Shown: piece after piece, positions 36,684 to 51,270 of the stretch
Numbering within the stretch: position 1 is the stretch's first letter
Layout of the letters: each line of letters begins with the position of its first letter
From: Octopus sinensis
Taxonomy: Eukaryota
DNA length: 64,000 nt
Direction of reading: 5' to 3'
Assembly (NCBI RefSeq): GCF_006345805.1
Contig: NC_043021.1
Coordinates: 28,520,001-28,584,000, forward strand
Translations under genes and position numbers: made by a program
Notes under the pieces: generated by a model
The model's input: only the letters and a program-made list of their open reading frames with translations
Told to the model about the DNA's origin: nothing
The model's database searches: none

Positions 36684-36890
36684 TGACCTGGCAGAATCTT
36701 TACCGGGCAAACTGCTTTTGCAGTATTTTATCAGGATTTACGCTCTGAGTTCAAATTCTGCTGAGATCCATTTTGCTTTCCTTTTCTCGGGGTCGAAAAA
36801 GTACCAGTTGAACTCTTGGGTCGATGTAACCGACGTACCCCCTCTCCTGAAATTGCTGGCATTATATCAATATTTGAACCCAATATTTAT
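36684..36890 (+). mobile_element. Family-B SINE
   Basis: gacctggcagaatc...ctctgagttcaaattctgctgag...ggggtcgaaaaagtaccagttga...gggtcgatgtaaccgac. Confidence 0.7.
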
Positions 36891-39380
36891 GTCAGTATTA
36901 CTTCGCAACAAGATCGAGTACATCCTTTCCTCTAGGATTTCAAATGAAACTGCTGCTTATCTTATCCTGTTAAGTTAGTATTATTACAGAGTGAGATGGG
37001 CGGGAAAAAATCACTATTCAAATCTTGAAAGTCTATCACACAAGTAAGCTAAGTTCAACCGATGTTCATTTTCGAAACTAAACTGTAGCAAAGTATAGGA
37101 CAGCTAATAAGAAGGATTAGATCTCTCTCTCTCTCTCTCCCTCTCCCCCCTCTCTCTCTTTTTCTGCTATATGGCGCTTTCCCTGCAGCATATATTGTCA
37201 TCTTTAATGAGAGATGTCGTCTCACATTTTATAACATTGCTTTTATTTTTGACGTTGCATGGACTATGTCGGTACGGAACCTTAACTACGGAAACAGCTA
37301 CCTTAAGTATGTACGACGATCCATAATAAGCGCGATATCGCCCTCCTTTTATTCTTTCTCTTTAATCTACATGAGAAAGTAAGAACGAGACCATTGAAGA
37401 GTGGCTTATACACTGGACAACGGCATTAAATGCGGTGATCCACTTTGTCAGGGTTTTCACTTTTGTCTCATCTCAGCACTTTGACTTTCAGTTAAGGAGC
37501 CACTTTCTAGTTAATGAACTTTTTCTCTGCCCTGACTATCAACCACATATAATATGCAAGACACATTTCTCTTGCTCACATGAGTAACTTGGGATTTATA
37601 AAAGGAAAGCTTTATATTACACAGAATGTATGATGCAATGGCAAAGTGAAAGTTTGAAAACAAGTTTAGGGACGTTTAGGGAAAACTGATGGGAAATGCT
37701 TTGGACAGGCAAATGGTTGACCTGCTGGAAACAGTAGTTACATTGTCGCCTTCATTTAGGAAAAGTTGCATTAAAAAGTGTATAACAAAATATAATCTAG
37801 TATAAAGAGGATAGAGTTAGTGTATAATTTTCAAAAGACATGAGGATTATGGTTGAAACGCCGTTGATCATAGACATGTTCAGTTCCGGTTGGCCTCATA
37901 CTAGAGAACTCCAATAACAACAACAATCAGACAGCAACGCATTGTTGGAAGTCATTTGCTCCGATGTCCTCTATACATTTCAAATCTGAAACGGAAGCTG
38001 TGAAACCACTATTCTTAAGAAAGAGCAGTCGAATTCTATTGTAGTTTTAGAAAATTATTGGCAGGAAACATTGAACGATGTCCTACCAAACAGTCCATTC
38101 CTGAAATCAAGACGTCATAGGTACAAGACGTAATTCTTTGATTACTCTCTGTTCAATCAGGGCTGACCTAGAGATAAAACAGCTGTTTAGCCCATTTAAC
38201 CAAGTAATTTTTAAATTGTGACTCTTACGTATCATGTCGCCCGCAGGCCGCATTATTGTGGAGACAAATATATGAGTGATTATGGTGGTTGAATAGCAGT
38301 TTTGACTGCTATTTCTAAGCATGTAAGGGTTTTTGTAACCCTCTCCGTTGTAATTATGATTTCATCATAATTATAAACACTCTCTTTATGTATTTATTTG
38401 ATAGCATGCGTAACCATTGATATATTCATGAACAACTTTGAATTGTTTATAGTATATCCTTTATAATGTATTCTTTACATTCACTTCTGATATATATGCG
38501 TGTGTGTGTATGCGTGTGTGTGCATGTGTATGATTGCGTGTATGTGTGTGTGTCTGTGTGTGTTTGAGTCCTTGTGTATGTACCCTACTATCGCTTGACA
38601 GCTAGTGTTCGTGTGTTTACGTCATCGTAAGTTAGCGGTTTGGTAAAATAAACCGATAGAATAAGTATGATGCTTACCCTGTACCGTCAAAAATGACGGC
38701 TAATTGTCGTATTTTATATATAGAGAGGATTCAAAAAGGTGAAAACAGTGCTTCAACTGTGTCTGTGCGTGGTTTGTGTGTGTGTGCATATGTATACATT
38801 TATATGTATGAGTAGCACAGTCCGCAGTGAAAGCGGTTTTCTATACTTTTTCACAATCCGTTTCCTTTCTTTCTAAGTGTGTCTGTTTATGAATATATAT
38901 GTATTAATACGCGTGTGTGTAATTCTATTTTCTATATCACTTTCTAAATAAACATACACAAACACATATGCACTCGCTCAAATATGTAAGTATATTTTAC
39001 ACAGAAACAGACACACACACACACATTCACATTTCTCCTTTTTATACGCACACACATGTACTGACACAGAGTAGATGCGCTGTCTGATTTTTGTTTCACC
39101 GTTGACTTTTCCTCAGCCCAAATACATCGGTGGATCACCCCTTCCTTTCTCATTCATATGTTGTGCCGGAGAAAGAAAATACACAACACTCTCTTTGCCC
39201 CTTCCTCTTTCTCATTGCTATCACTTTCTCTCACTCCCTCTCAGTCATGGCTATTACTCTCACTACTTCTCCTTCACTGAATTACTATTTCTCTCCTCTC
39301 TCTTCACCATTCACTCCTGCGCCATTTGAACAAATATATATATATATATAAATAAATATTATGCTCATTATTTACATTGG

Positions 39381-39428
<48 letters not shown>

Positions 39429-39432
39429 AATA

Positions 39433-40306
39433 AATATTAGGGAATAAATCCAAAATTACAGGGAAAAAAATCAGATTTAGGATTAAATCCAATTTTATAG
39501 TAAAATATTATATAATATTAATTCGAGACAAAACCACATATAGGTTACTTTAGCTATATAATAAGTTTCATGATAAATAATTAATAGCTTCCTATTATAG
39601 GTTACTTTAGTTTAATATTAATTTTAGTTTAGAGTACCATATATTTTTAGTTATGTAGTTTAGGCTTTAATTATAGTTAGTCTTTAATTGGTATTTCTTT
39701 GTTTTCATTAATTTATTATTAATGTATATTAATATATAACAGTTTATGGTATATTGAGTTTGGTAAGTTAAAACTTTATTTATTTATATTAGATTTCTTT
39801 TATTTTATTTACTTATTTATTTATTTATTTTATTATGTATATGTTATATGTATATATGTGGATATATATTATTTATGGATGATTTGGGCGTATTTAGTGG
39901 TGTATATATTGAGTTTTGTATGTATGTGTGAATGTTTACAATCCCCTTGTATTATATTTGGTATGTTGATATGGCAGTTTTATTTGGGTATTGTTTGTTG
40001 CAATATACGTTTATATAGATATTTAGGAGAGTGTCCGTGAATATGTAAGTATGGGTGTGTATGCATGTGTGCGTGTGTACAAGTGCAAGTGTAGATGCGG
40101 GAGTGTATGAGTGCTATGTAATTGAGTGTGATTATTTATGCACTTGTATACATGCATGTTTGAATGTGCGTGTGATTGCACCCGTCTGCGTGTACACACT
40201 CATATATACATTTATTAAATATTTATTTACTTTTGTGAGAGAGAGTATTTTATTTATTGTGTATGTGTTGATATGTGTGAATGTATATATATATATATTT
40301 TATATA

Positions 40307-40368
<62 letters not shown>

Positions 40369-42569
40369 GTTTGTATATGTATTTATTTAATAATCTATTG
40401 GTGTGGGAATGTATATGGTGTATATATCGAGTTTTGTACGTATGTATTTGTATGTGTGAGTGTGTATATGGTTATGTTTGTGGGTGTGTGTATATATGTG
40501 TGTGTATTTGTGTGTATTGTGTATTTGGTAAGGGGGTTTTATCTTTATATTTGTATGTATGGATTTCGTTTATCATGATTGTTTTATTAAAGAATTTTTT
40601 AGTATATTTAGTCCCCATGTATTATAGCTTGGTATGTTGTTCATGGTAGTTTTATTTATGGGTATTGTTTGTAGCCATATATACGTATATTCAGATGTTT
40701 AGGAGAGTGTCCGTGAATATGCATGTGCATGGGTGTGTGTGCATGTGCGCGTGTATGAGTGCATGTGTAGATGCGGGAGTGCATGATTGCTATGTAAAAG
40801 TGTGTGCTTGTGTATGCACTTGTATACATGCATGTTTGATGTGCGTGGGATTGCACCCTTTTTATGGATATATATATTTATTTATCTGTATGGGTGTGGG
40901 TGTGAATATTTTGGTGTATATATCGAGTTTGTACGTATGTATATGTAGTGGGTGTGTGTTTTACGTGTGTGTATTTGTGTGTGAATGTATAGATTAGGGG
41001 GATTGCTATATAGGTATGTTATAGTGATTGGTAAAGGGAGGTTTTATCATTATATGTATATTTGAGTTTCGTTTATCATGGTTGTTTTATTAAAGAATTT
41101 GTAGTAAATTCTGTCTTTTACGTTGATTAAAATATTATTCCATTCTATTCCATTTATAATTTTTAAATAACGTTCGTTCACCAAGCGCAAAGAATTTTTA
41201 TAAATATATTCGGTTTCTATGGTAACGTAATTTTGTAAACGTTATAATGGTTAGAGTTTAAATTCACTTCATAAATTAAAACTGACTAGAAGGTATGTAT
41301 TTTTTTCTCCTTATGTTAATATTGTTACTTATGTTAATCTGGTTACTTATGGAGTGTTCTATATATCGTATTATGTGTAGAAATGTTGTTTTTCTTTTGA
41401 GTGTTTATGTATGTGTGAATGTGTGTGTGTGTGTGTATTTGTTTGCGTAATTTATTTATCTGTATGGGTGTGGGTGTGAATATATTGTATATATCGAGTT
41501 TTGTACGTATGTATATGTATGTGTGAGTGGGTATATGTATATGTTGTGCGTGTGTGTTTTACGTGTGTGTCTTTGTGTGTGAATGTATAGGTTTATGGGG
41601 ATTGCTATATAGGTATTATTGTGTATGGTAAAGGGAGTTTTATCATTATATGTATATAAGGGATTCGTTTATCATGGTTGGTTTATTAATGATTTTTCGA
41701 GTAAATTCTGTCTACTTACGTTGATTAAAATATTATTCCATACTATTCCATTCATAATTTTTAAATAACGTTCGCTTACCACGCGCAATGAATGTTTTGT
41801 TTTCCTTTGAGTGTTTATGTATGTGTGAATGTGTGTGTGTGTGTTTGTTTGTGTAATTTATTTATCTGTATGGGTGTGGGTGTGATTTTATTGGTGTATA
41901 TATCGAGTTCTGTACGTATGTATATGTATGTGTGAGCGGGTATATGTATATTGTTTATGAATGTGGGTTGTATGTGTGTGTGAGGGAGTATGAAATAGTA
42001 ATGTGCTGAAGTATTTGGCTATTTTATTTATTTATCGTTGCCTAGATGTTTTTTATGTGTATGTATAGAGTTATATATATAGGTGTGTGAGTTAGTGTAT
42101 GCATTTAGATATGGTTATTTACACTTAGATATATGTGTATGAGCATGTGTGTATATATAGTTTATTTTATTTTGCTTTTTGTTTTTTGTTTTTTTTGTTT
42201 TTTTTGTTTTTTGTTGTTTTGTTTTTTTGTTTTTTTGTTTTTTTTGTTTTTTTGTACATCTTTAAATATGAGAACTTTAATAATAGGTATCTTTATATTC
42301 AATTGTTTATAGGGTTTGTTTTAGATTATACGTTGATTATATATAGATTATATATATTTATATTCTTTCATTGATAAATTTATATTATTTTAATTTTATA
42401 TTTTAAAATATTGATATTTTTAGATCGGAAATCCACCTGACGAATGTCATTTGAAGACATGAAACAATTGTAGTGACGATTTATTTACTTTATATTAAAA
42501 TTTTTCATGTATTGATTAAGTCTTTCCTTGTTTGATTTGCAAAATAGTGGTTTTGTCTCGAATTAATAT

Positions 42570-42571
<2 letters not shown>
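39433..42571 (+). mobile_element. Penelope-like non-autonomous element (~3.1 kb) with inverted terminal segment, internal degenerate tandem array and 3' hammerhead
   Basis: The 25-bp inverted repeat taatattaattcgagacaaaaccac (39513-39537) matches gtggttttgtctcgaattaatatta (42547-42571). A minimal hammerhead lies ~70-100 nt from the right end. The body is T/G-skewed and non-coding. Confidence 0.6.
42431..42480 (+). ncRNA. Minimal type-I hammerhead ribozyme
   Basis: AUC CAC CUGACGA AUGUC auuugaa GACAU GAAA CAAUUG UA^ GUG ac GAU. It has an intact core, a 5-bp stem II, a palindromic CAAUUG stem III and predicted cleavage after A42472. Confidence 0.82.
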
Positions 42572-42613
<42 letters not shown>

Positions 42614-42703
42614 ATATTATATATAATATATATATCTGTATGTTTGTGTGTATGTGTGTGTATGTATATATATATATATATATATAATATATATATATAT
42701 ATA

Positions 42704-43530
42704 CGTGGTCTGATTAATAAGTATCCGGCCTGTTGCCATAGCAACGAAGCTAAAACATGCAAAGTGAAGCTGTTTGGCACAGATTGACCTTGAGCACTGC
42801 TGTGCAGATGCTCGAAGTGTAAACGTTCTAATTCACTGTTTACAGCAGTGTTTAGAACGTGTGTAGCGTGTGAACGTTGCATTGAATATGACAGAGAAAG
42901 TTGAAGAGAGAATCTGCATAAATGTTTGCCATAAGCTTGGCGATACCTGCCCGTTTTCAAAACGTTTTCATCGTTCTGAGTGTCTTTTTGGTCAGCTGAT
43001 AGCAGTTTTGGCACAAACTTGGCAGACCCGCGTGTCATATCTCAATCTTTAGTGATAATGAACTGAACTGAACCATTGAACCGTAACTAATCTGCACAAC
43101 CTTTGATCACTCACGAATCGTGATCAGACAATTTCTCCTCACATCTGCAATGTTTTTCTCAGTTTTGCTGGTTGCGGGTCACCCAGGACGTTGGTCACTA
43201 ACATATTTTCAGCCATCTTGCCAGGGTCTGAACAACTCATACGCTTGCTTGCGGCTCATGCACTGCTCTCTATAACCGCTCCGCAACTTTGTTTCAGCAT
43301 CCGAACAACTATCGCCATAATAACTTTCTCTGTCGTGGTCAATGCGACGATCACATACTACACACATTTCTTCCAAGCACTGAAGTAGACACCGGAAGGA
43401 AGCTAGACCGTTAAGGCCTAGTGCACATACACAGCAGAGTTGAAGGTCAATCTGTGCCGAGCGGCTTCACTCTGCGTGCTTCAGCTTCGTTACTATGGCC
43501 ACAGTCCGGACACTTATTGATCAGACCTCG
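42704..43530. mobile_element. Non-autonomous mariner made of two 5' ends joined in inverted orientation, TA TSD
   Basis: TA|cgtggtctgattaataagtatccgg ... ccggacacttattgatcagacctcg|TA. The left arm encodes MTEKVEERICINVCHKLGDTC (+). The right arm encodes a longer transposase N-terminus down to SAKFVPKLLSADQK (-). Confidence 0.85.
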
Positions 43531-43657
43531 TATATGGAATAATGGATCTGTAGATTTCGTTTAGACTTTCAGTAGTTTAAATGAATTCAAAAGCTGTGCT
43601 CAGTGAAGATATACAATCGCATATCATTTATTTCGTTCTCTTTAGAGTATGTTATGT

Positions 43658-43870
43658 GGAGGCGCGCGGCTTAGTGTTTTGCCCTCAAGATAGAAAGATT
43701 GTGACTTTTACCCCTGCACTCTGCAATGTGTTGTGTTCTTGAGGAAAGCCCTTAATTTCACGTTGCTGCAGTTCACTCAGCTGTCGAAAATGAATAATCC
43801 TGCTATGGACCGGAATCCTATCCCGGGAAACCGGTTCTGTGAGCCTATGCTTCCAGAAGGAACTTTGGTT
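43658..43870 (+). mobile_element. Decayed tRNA-derived SINE with Meta-like central domain
   Basis: ggaggcgcgcggcttagtg...atttcacgttgctgcagttcactcagctg...aatcctgctatggacc. Confidence 0.55.
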
Positions 43871-44647
43871 CTCTGTTTTGTTTTAGTGTTTATATTTCAA
43901 AAGATACTCGAGGTTGTAACAGAAGAAAATACTTTTGGTTATTATTATTTATAAATGCACCTACATCGTGTTATTTATGAGCTGTTATTAATATAGAAAA
44001 CTGTTGAATTAACCTTAAGTTTATTTCATGACGTGTCAAACTCCCCCCCCCCCTAGAACTGCAACTTAGTCACTGTCACATTTCTACAGCTATGGGAATT
44101 TAAATTGGAAGTGAATTTTATAGCTTTGTGTCTTATAAAATGGCTGTATCAGGAAGTATTAACCGCTGATCAAGCCAGTTAAGCAGATAGAACTTGCAAA
44201 TTTATTAAAACGATCTTATATAAAATTCAACATGCAGCCTTCATTGCTTGCTTCTATATTGATACATGTCATTTTATCATTTCTCTCCCTCAAAACGAGA
44301 GTGAAAAACAGAAATAATGCACATGAAATTAGGCAAATAAGGAAAAGCACGCAAAAACACGAAGAGAAAAAAAAAATTAACGAAAGCAAAACAATACAAA
44401 CGAAAAGGAAAGAAGGAAAAATGAAAACAGAAGACGAGTTTCTTGTTTCTGAAACAACTTCGTTTACTACAAATACTTGTATATTATATAAAAAGCTAAG
44501 AAACTTGTTTATGAAATAAGACGATCGATAGACGTTATAAATGAAGGCTTCACATATTGTCAAAAGGGCAAAAAGAGAATGGGGGAAAGGGAACAATGAT
44601 ATCAAGAAAGTTACGCTACCAATACGGAGACCACAGTCACTTCGATA

Positions 44648-44672
44648 AATAATAATAATTATGATGATAATG

Positions 44673-44737
<65 letters not shown>

Positions 44738-44777
44738 AATAATGATAATAAAAATATTAATGATAATAATAATAATG

Positions 44778-44843
<66 letters not shown>

Positions 44844-44885
44844 GTAATGATAATAATAATAATAATGATAATAATAATAATAATC

Positions 44886-44925
<40 letters not shown>
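44648..44925 (+). repeat. (AAT)n/(GAT) array
   Basis: Direct reading; source of the poly-Ile pseudo-ORFs. Confidence 0.95.
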
Positions 44926-45070
44926 GTACTGATACATTATAAGACTTTGAAAGCGGGTAACAGAAGAGAAAAGAATTGAATAAATAAATTTATTAACCTT
45001 TGATGTTTTAATAATTCTTTTTAAGGAAGAAAAAAAGAACTATAAGTAATTTACTACGTGTACATATATG

Positions 45071-45153
<83 letters not shown>

Positions 45154-45769
45154 CCTACATACATACATACATCGCTTAAAACTATGACTAAATTTACTAA
45201 ATGAACATATACTGTAGGCATGGGCAGGGTAGAGTCAGTATACATACGCACGTAATGTCTGCAATAAATGCGAGCATATGTGTGTGTGTGTTTGTGTGTG
45301 TGCGTGTTTGCATGTGTATATGCATGCACACACATACGCACATATATGACTATGTGCATTTATTTATATCTATAACTACGTCTAGGTTTTACTACATACA
45401 CAATGCTCATAAGATTTACAACACTATGTATAGATATCTATATCTACGTCTCTTTGTAAATGCGGGTACAGATATATGGATACATATATGCATATATATA
45501 TATATAAATGTATGTATATATATATACATATAATAAATAAACACACACATGTATATGTATGTACATGCATATATGCATGCAGAGGAAGAGAGCACGAGAG
45601 AGGAAAACAAAGACCGACATGGCATGTATAACACGAGAGGAAAGAGAGAGTATGTCCGGAGTACCGATTGATTGAACGTTTATCTTCCAATTTCATAATA
45701 TACACTTGTATATTAGAGTAAACTAGTAAGAATACAACCATATAGCATCTATATGTATATGCGCATGTG

Positions 45770-45833
<64 letters not shown>

Positions 45834-46904
45834 CATATGCATATTCATGTATATATTATATGTATATATGCATGTGTTTGCATACATACATAGATATATA
45901 TACATACGAATTAACCTGAAACATACGAATTAACTGATTCCAGGGTAACATTATTTGATTCCACAGCATTATTATAAATTATACGACGCGATGCCAGTGC
46001 AAACTAGCATATATATGTGTGTGAGTGTGTATAATGTATGTATATATCTATATTTGCATATTGAATCATAGAGAATAAAGGCTCATGGGTTTTAGGTAGT
46101 TTAATTTATTGCTCCTTATTCCATACACTATATATTTCCTTACGATACACCTTCAATATGTATTCTTAATACATGCATATATATATATATATATATCCTC
46201 ACAGAGGCATACATTCTCTCACACACACTTCTACATATATATGACTGGCTCATCCGTAATAATAACAACCACACACAGATAAATGCCTGCACGCTCACAG
46301 GTATTAAGGTTGTCAGACAAATTCTGTTTTTTTTTTCCTTAGTCGGTACTCTATCATTATATTTCTGAAACGCGGTAAAATTTATTCAAATTTTAAAATT
46401 TATAAACATGCTGCAGAGGAAGGACATAGCTACAGAAAAAAAATCATAAAATACCACGATAAAAATGTTTTTTTCCTTTAAATTTAAATAACATTGGAAA
46501 AAAATGAGATTTTATGAAAAAAAAATGAAGGAATTTGTTTGACAACCGACTACATCTAAACAATGAAAGAAAGAGAAATAGAGGGAGACCGACAAGGAGA
46601 GAGAATGAGAGAAAGAGAGTGAGAGAGAGTGAGAGTGAGAGGAAGCGTACGAGTTTGTGTGAAAGACAAGGCGGAGAATATATGGAGTTAAACATTGATA
46701 TATTATAGCGATGCTTCGTTTCCTGAGAGCCATTATTTTCATTAGCATTTGTCTGAAGATCCTTGGTCATGTTTTGTTCGATACTCACTATATATTCTGC
46801 TCTCCTGTCTTTTGATGAGACCAAGTTGCACTTTGAATATACTTGTTAATTCTAAAAATTAAAATGTTACATAATTCATGTTAAAATGTTGCATACTAAT
46901 AATG

Positions 46905-47260
46905 AAAGTTAACTACCTAACTGGTACTTATTTTAGCCTAGCCAAAATATTGATTTCAAATTTTGGCCAACGTCGGCAATTTCGAGGGAAGAGTAAATTT
47001 GATTATATCGTCCACAGTGCTCATCGACCCCGAAAGGGTGGAAAAGAAAGTTGACCCCAGTGAAATTTGAACTCAGAACGTACAGACGGACGAAATGCCG
47101 CTAAGGGTGCTAACGATTTTTCCAGCTCGCCGCCTAAAAGCCACCCCGTAATACCGAAGGTAAAAATCGACCTTGGTGAAAATTGAACTCAGAATGTAAT
47201 AGTTCGGATGGAAAGCCGCTAAAGAAGTTTACCCGATGCTAATAATAATGGTTTCTATGA
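46905..47260 (-). mobile_element. Family-B SINE fragments (two nested/tandem)
   Basis: ctggtacttatt...cgaccccgaaagggtg...gaaatttgaactcagaacgt...gaaatgccgctaag, and a second aaattgaactcagaatgt at ~47180. Confidence 0.65.
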
Positions 47261-47815
47261 TAGGAACTGAGCTAAATATTTGACGTGATGTTTGAATCAT
47301 TTGAATTGGGTCAAACAATTGTCTCTACAAATAATTCTAGAACTCTTGAAGAATGAATTGTAATCAGCGAAACAATAACAATGAGGATTTTCATAGAAAA
47401 TAACAGCTTCGATACTCAGTGTCACTGATGCTAGATATTAAAATAGAAATGGCTGCACAGGCATCATTTCATTTTGATTAGCTTTTGGCAATGTTCCTGA
47501 ATACGTCGAAGTGAAAGATACATATTAAGTTGTAATAGAGATATGCTTAATAATAATTTCTACAATAGGAACAAGGTCTGAACTATTGGGGGAGGGGCCT
47601 AGTCGAGTACATCAACCCCAGTACACATGTGGTACTTATAGACTTATAGACAAGATCCTAAGTGCATTAATATGTACCGATAATTACAAGTAATTTTCAG
47701 ATTCCATTCAGAGAATATTCTCATCTGTATACGTGGCGTATACGACATAGAAACACGTTAGATATCCAAATCAAATTGAAGAAATATACATTTATGTATA
47801 TCTCTATATTTATAC

Positions 47816-47847
<32 letters not shown>

Positions 47848-47916
47848 GTGTATTTTCATGTATGAAGTATTTATGTAAATGCATAATACATATATTTATA
47901 TGTATATATTTGTATA

Positions 47917-47960
<44 letters not shown>

Positions 47961-48185
47961 ATATATATATATATATATATATATCAATACACACACACAT
48001 AATCGATTTTGATTCGGCATATGTGATTACAAAAAACAAACGAGCGAAGCATATAAGAAGCAAAACTATTGATAACATATTTTTTTGTATCAATAAATAT
48101 AACCTTTATAAATTTTATCACACAGTTATATATATTAATAAATATATTCTTTATAATTGTTATTACTCAATCGTAAATATATATA

Positions 48186-48228
<43 letters not shown>

Positions 48229-48737
48229 AAGACTTTGAATATGACATATATCACTAATGCTGGATCAATGGAAATTATTAAAAAACCGGAAGAATAATGT
48301 AAGACTTGCGTGCATGTTTATGTTATTGCATACGACAAGCGTCCAACGTGAAAGAATTAAGGGTTTTAAAAAGGATTTCTCATGTTATATGCCATCGAAT
48401 ATCGTTGACACTAAGTTTCCTCGCTATTTATGATAACACTACAAATACTTCAAGTTGAACAATGGTTGTTAATTGGGTAATCGTGTTGTTGGTTCTCTAG
48501 TCATGTGATTGAATGCTGTTATTTGGCCCATAGTTACCTCCAATGAAATTTAAGCGCAAACTCTTTCCCGCCTTCTTAGTCAGTTTTCAGTTCAGATAAC
48601 ATGGTATAAAGGATCGTACTATCTTTTTTGTAATAGGTCGACTGAATTTTCAGGTGATTGGTGTTTTTCAATATATGTGTTTTTATATATATATATATAT
48701 TATATATATATATATATTATATATATATATATTATGT

Positions 48738-48852
<115 letters not shown>

Positions 48853-49005
48853 CATACATATATATATATAAACACATATATGGATATATATATATTTATG
48901 GATATCTATATCAGAATTGCATTATCTATAAAGATTAGGGTAGATAATTTGACAGATAATTACACGAAATTTAGCAACAAAGCTCTCGTCTTCTGCAACG
49001 TACGG

Positions 49006-49095
<90 letters not shown>

Positions 49096-49531
49096 TAATA
49101 ATTATAATAATAATGATAATGATAATGATAATGGTAGTAATAATCAGGTATATTATATTCATTTTTAATTTGCCCTGGTTTCGAGTATATAAGAGCTATC
49201 TGTATCTATATGTTCAATTCTTATCTGTAAAAGCGAACCAGAACACATAGTTGTTTCTCGTTTAAAGTTAAAGAGAAGAGCCCTAGGCGAAAATCAAGTG
49301 GAATGTCTCCACAGTGAGGTTAACTCGATCACCTTCGACTGATGAAAATTAATTTTGGAAAGTATGTAGGAAGAAATAACTGAGTTTGCGTTTCTGTTCT
49401 ATTCTGTGTTTGTAATATATAAATTAGAATGTCCAAAGTGGATTATAAATAACTGTCAAAAAGGAGATACAAATATGTATGCGCCTGAATAGGTGTATTA
49501 GTCGATTTTTGTGTCTCTATGATGTACAAAT

Positions 49532-49850
49532 GGAGGCGCAATTGCCCGGTGGTTAGGGCAGCGGACTCGCGGTCGGAGGATCGCGCTTTCGATTCCCAGA
49601 CCGGGCGTTGTTTGTGCTTATTGAGCGAAAACATCTAAAAGCTCCACGAGGTTCCGGGAGGAGGTGGTGGTGACCCCTGTTGTACTCTTTCGCCCCACAT
49701 TTCTCTCACTCTCTCTTCCTGTTTCTTGAGTAACGCTGCGATGGACTGGCGTCTCGTCCAGCTGGGGAGAACACATACACCACAGAAACTGGGATACCGG
49801 GCCCATGAGCCTGGTTAGGCTAGAAAAGGGCGCATAAATAAATAAAATAA
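49532..49850 (+). mobile_element. Full-length tRNA-derived SINE (family C) with Meta-like domain and A-rich tail
   Basis: Head ggaggcgcaattgcccggtggttagggcagcggactcgcggtcggaggatcgcgctttcgattcccag (A/B boxes). It continues gctgcgatggactggcgtctcgtccag...cacagaaactggga and ends in the tail aaataaataaaataa. Confidence 0.8.
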
Positions 49851-49924
49851 TGGTGTATATTGATGTATACCTACATTCACAAACACACATACGCTTAAAT
49901 ATTTCAATAAAGAAATATATATAC

Positions 49925-50007
<83 letters not shown>

Positions 50008-50773
50008 TATATATATTATATATATATATATATATAATATATATAGCATATCTAATTATATATCCATAAATGCACTCACACACACACACACACACACAAA
50101 CACACCAATATACAGATGTGTGTGCGTATGTGTGTGTATGAGTTGCGGGTAAGTTATTTAGCCTCACTATGCAAGGAGAAATCATGCTTTAAAACTTTCG
50201 TTAATTAATAAGAACCTGCAAGGAATCTAGTTATTGACAAATGAACACAAGCTTTGCATATTCATTAGTAATTCTATCTTCTTTATCCTTACTTGGTGTT
50301 CTACAGAACGGACTTAGTAAGCACTTCATGGGACGAAACTAATTGAATTATCCGGAAAACCATCCAGCTGAGAGAAGCCAATGCCAGTGGATTAAATACA
50401 GGGTTATTCGCAGCTTGTGACTGAACTGCATGTATATGCATTCCCACAATATTTATACATACTGCAAAAGAATACCACGCACGCATGCGCACACGCGTGC
50501 ACCTACATTTCACTCTCATTCTTTCTTCACATTTCAAAAACTGGAAAGTACTAATATTCTCGACTAGAGATATTTTCTCAGTTTTATATTTTCCTAACTG
50601 CTCCCACTCCGATGTCGGTATACTTAGCTTATGAAATACTCATTCAATATCAAGATCCACATGTTCGGCTATTCAAGAAACAGCTGTAAGAAAATGTTTA
50701 CTTTCTGTATCTGAATTAAATGCTTTTTGAGTGATGCCTGATATTTTGCTTTTCCCTATTTTCTAAAATGTTA

Positions 50774-51105
<332 letters not shown>

Positions 51106-51126
51106 CATACATATATACATACATAC

Positions 51127-51163
<37 letters not shown>

Positions 51164-51223
51164 TATACATATATACATATATATGTATATTATATATATA
51201 CATATTATATATATGCATATGTA

Positions 51224-51270
<47 letters not shown>

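Noticed and set aside
39860-41990. CRISPR-like repeat-spacer array
   Set aside because: The repeats are degenerate, spaced 400-680 bp apart within duplicated blocks, and lie in eukaryotic DNA with no cas genes.
49532-49607. tRNA gene
   Set aside because: It has A/B boxes but no complete cloverleaf and runs into a SINE body and tail; it is a SINE head.
50293-50367. 75-nt minus-strand exon candidate (ctctcag| ... caa|gtaagg)
   Set aside because: All three frames contain a stop; no evidence for a coding exon.
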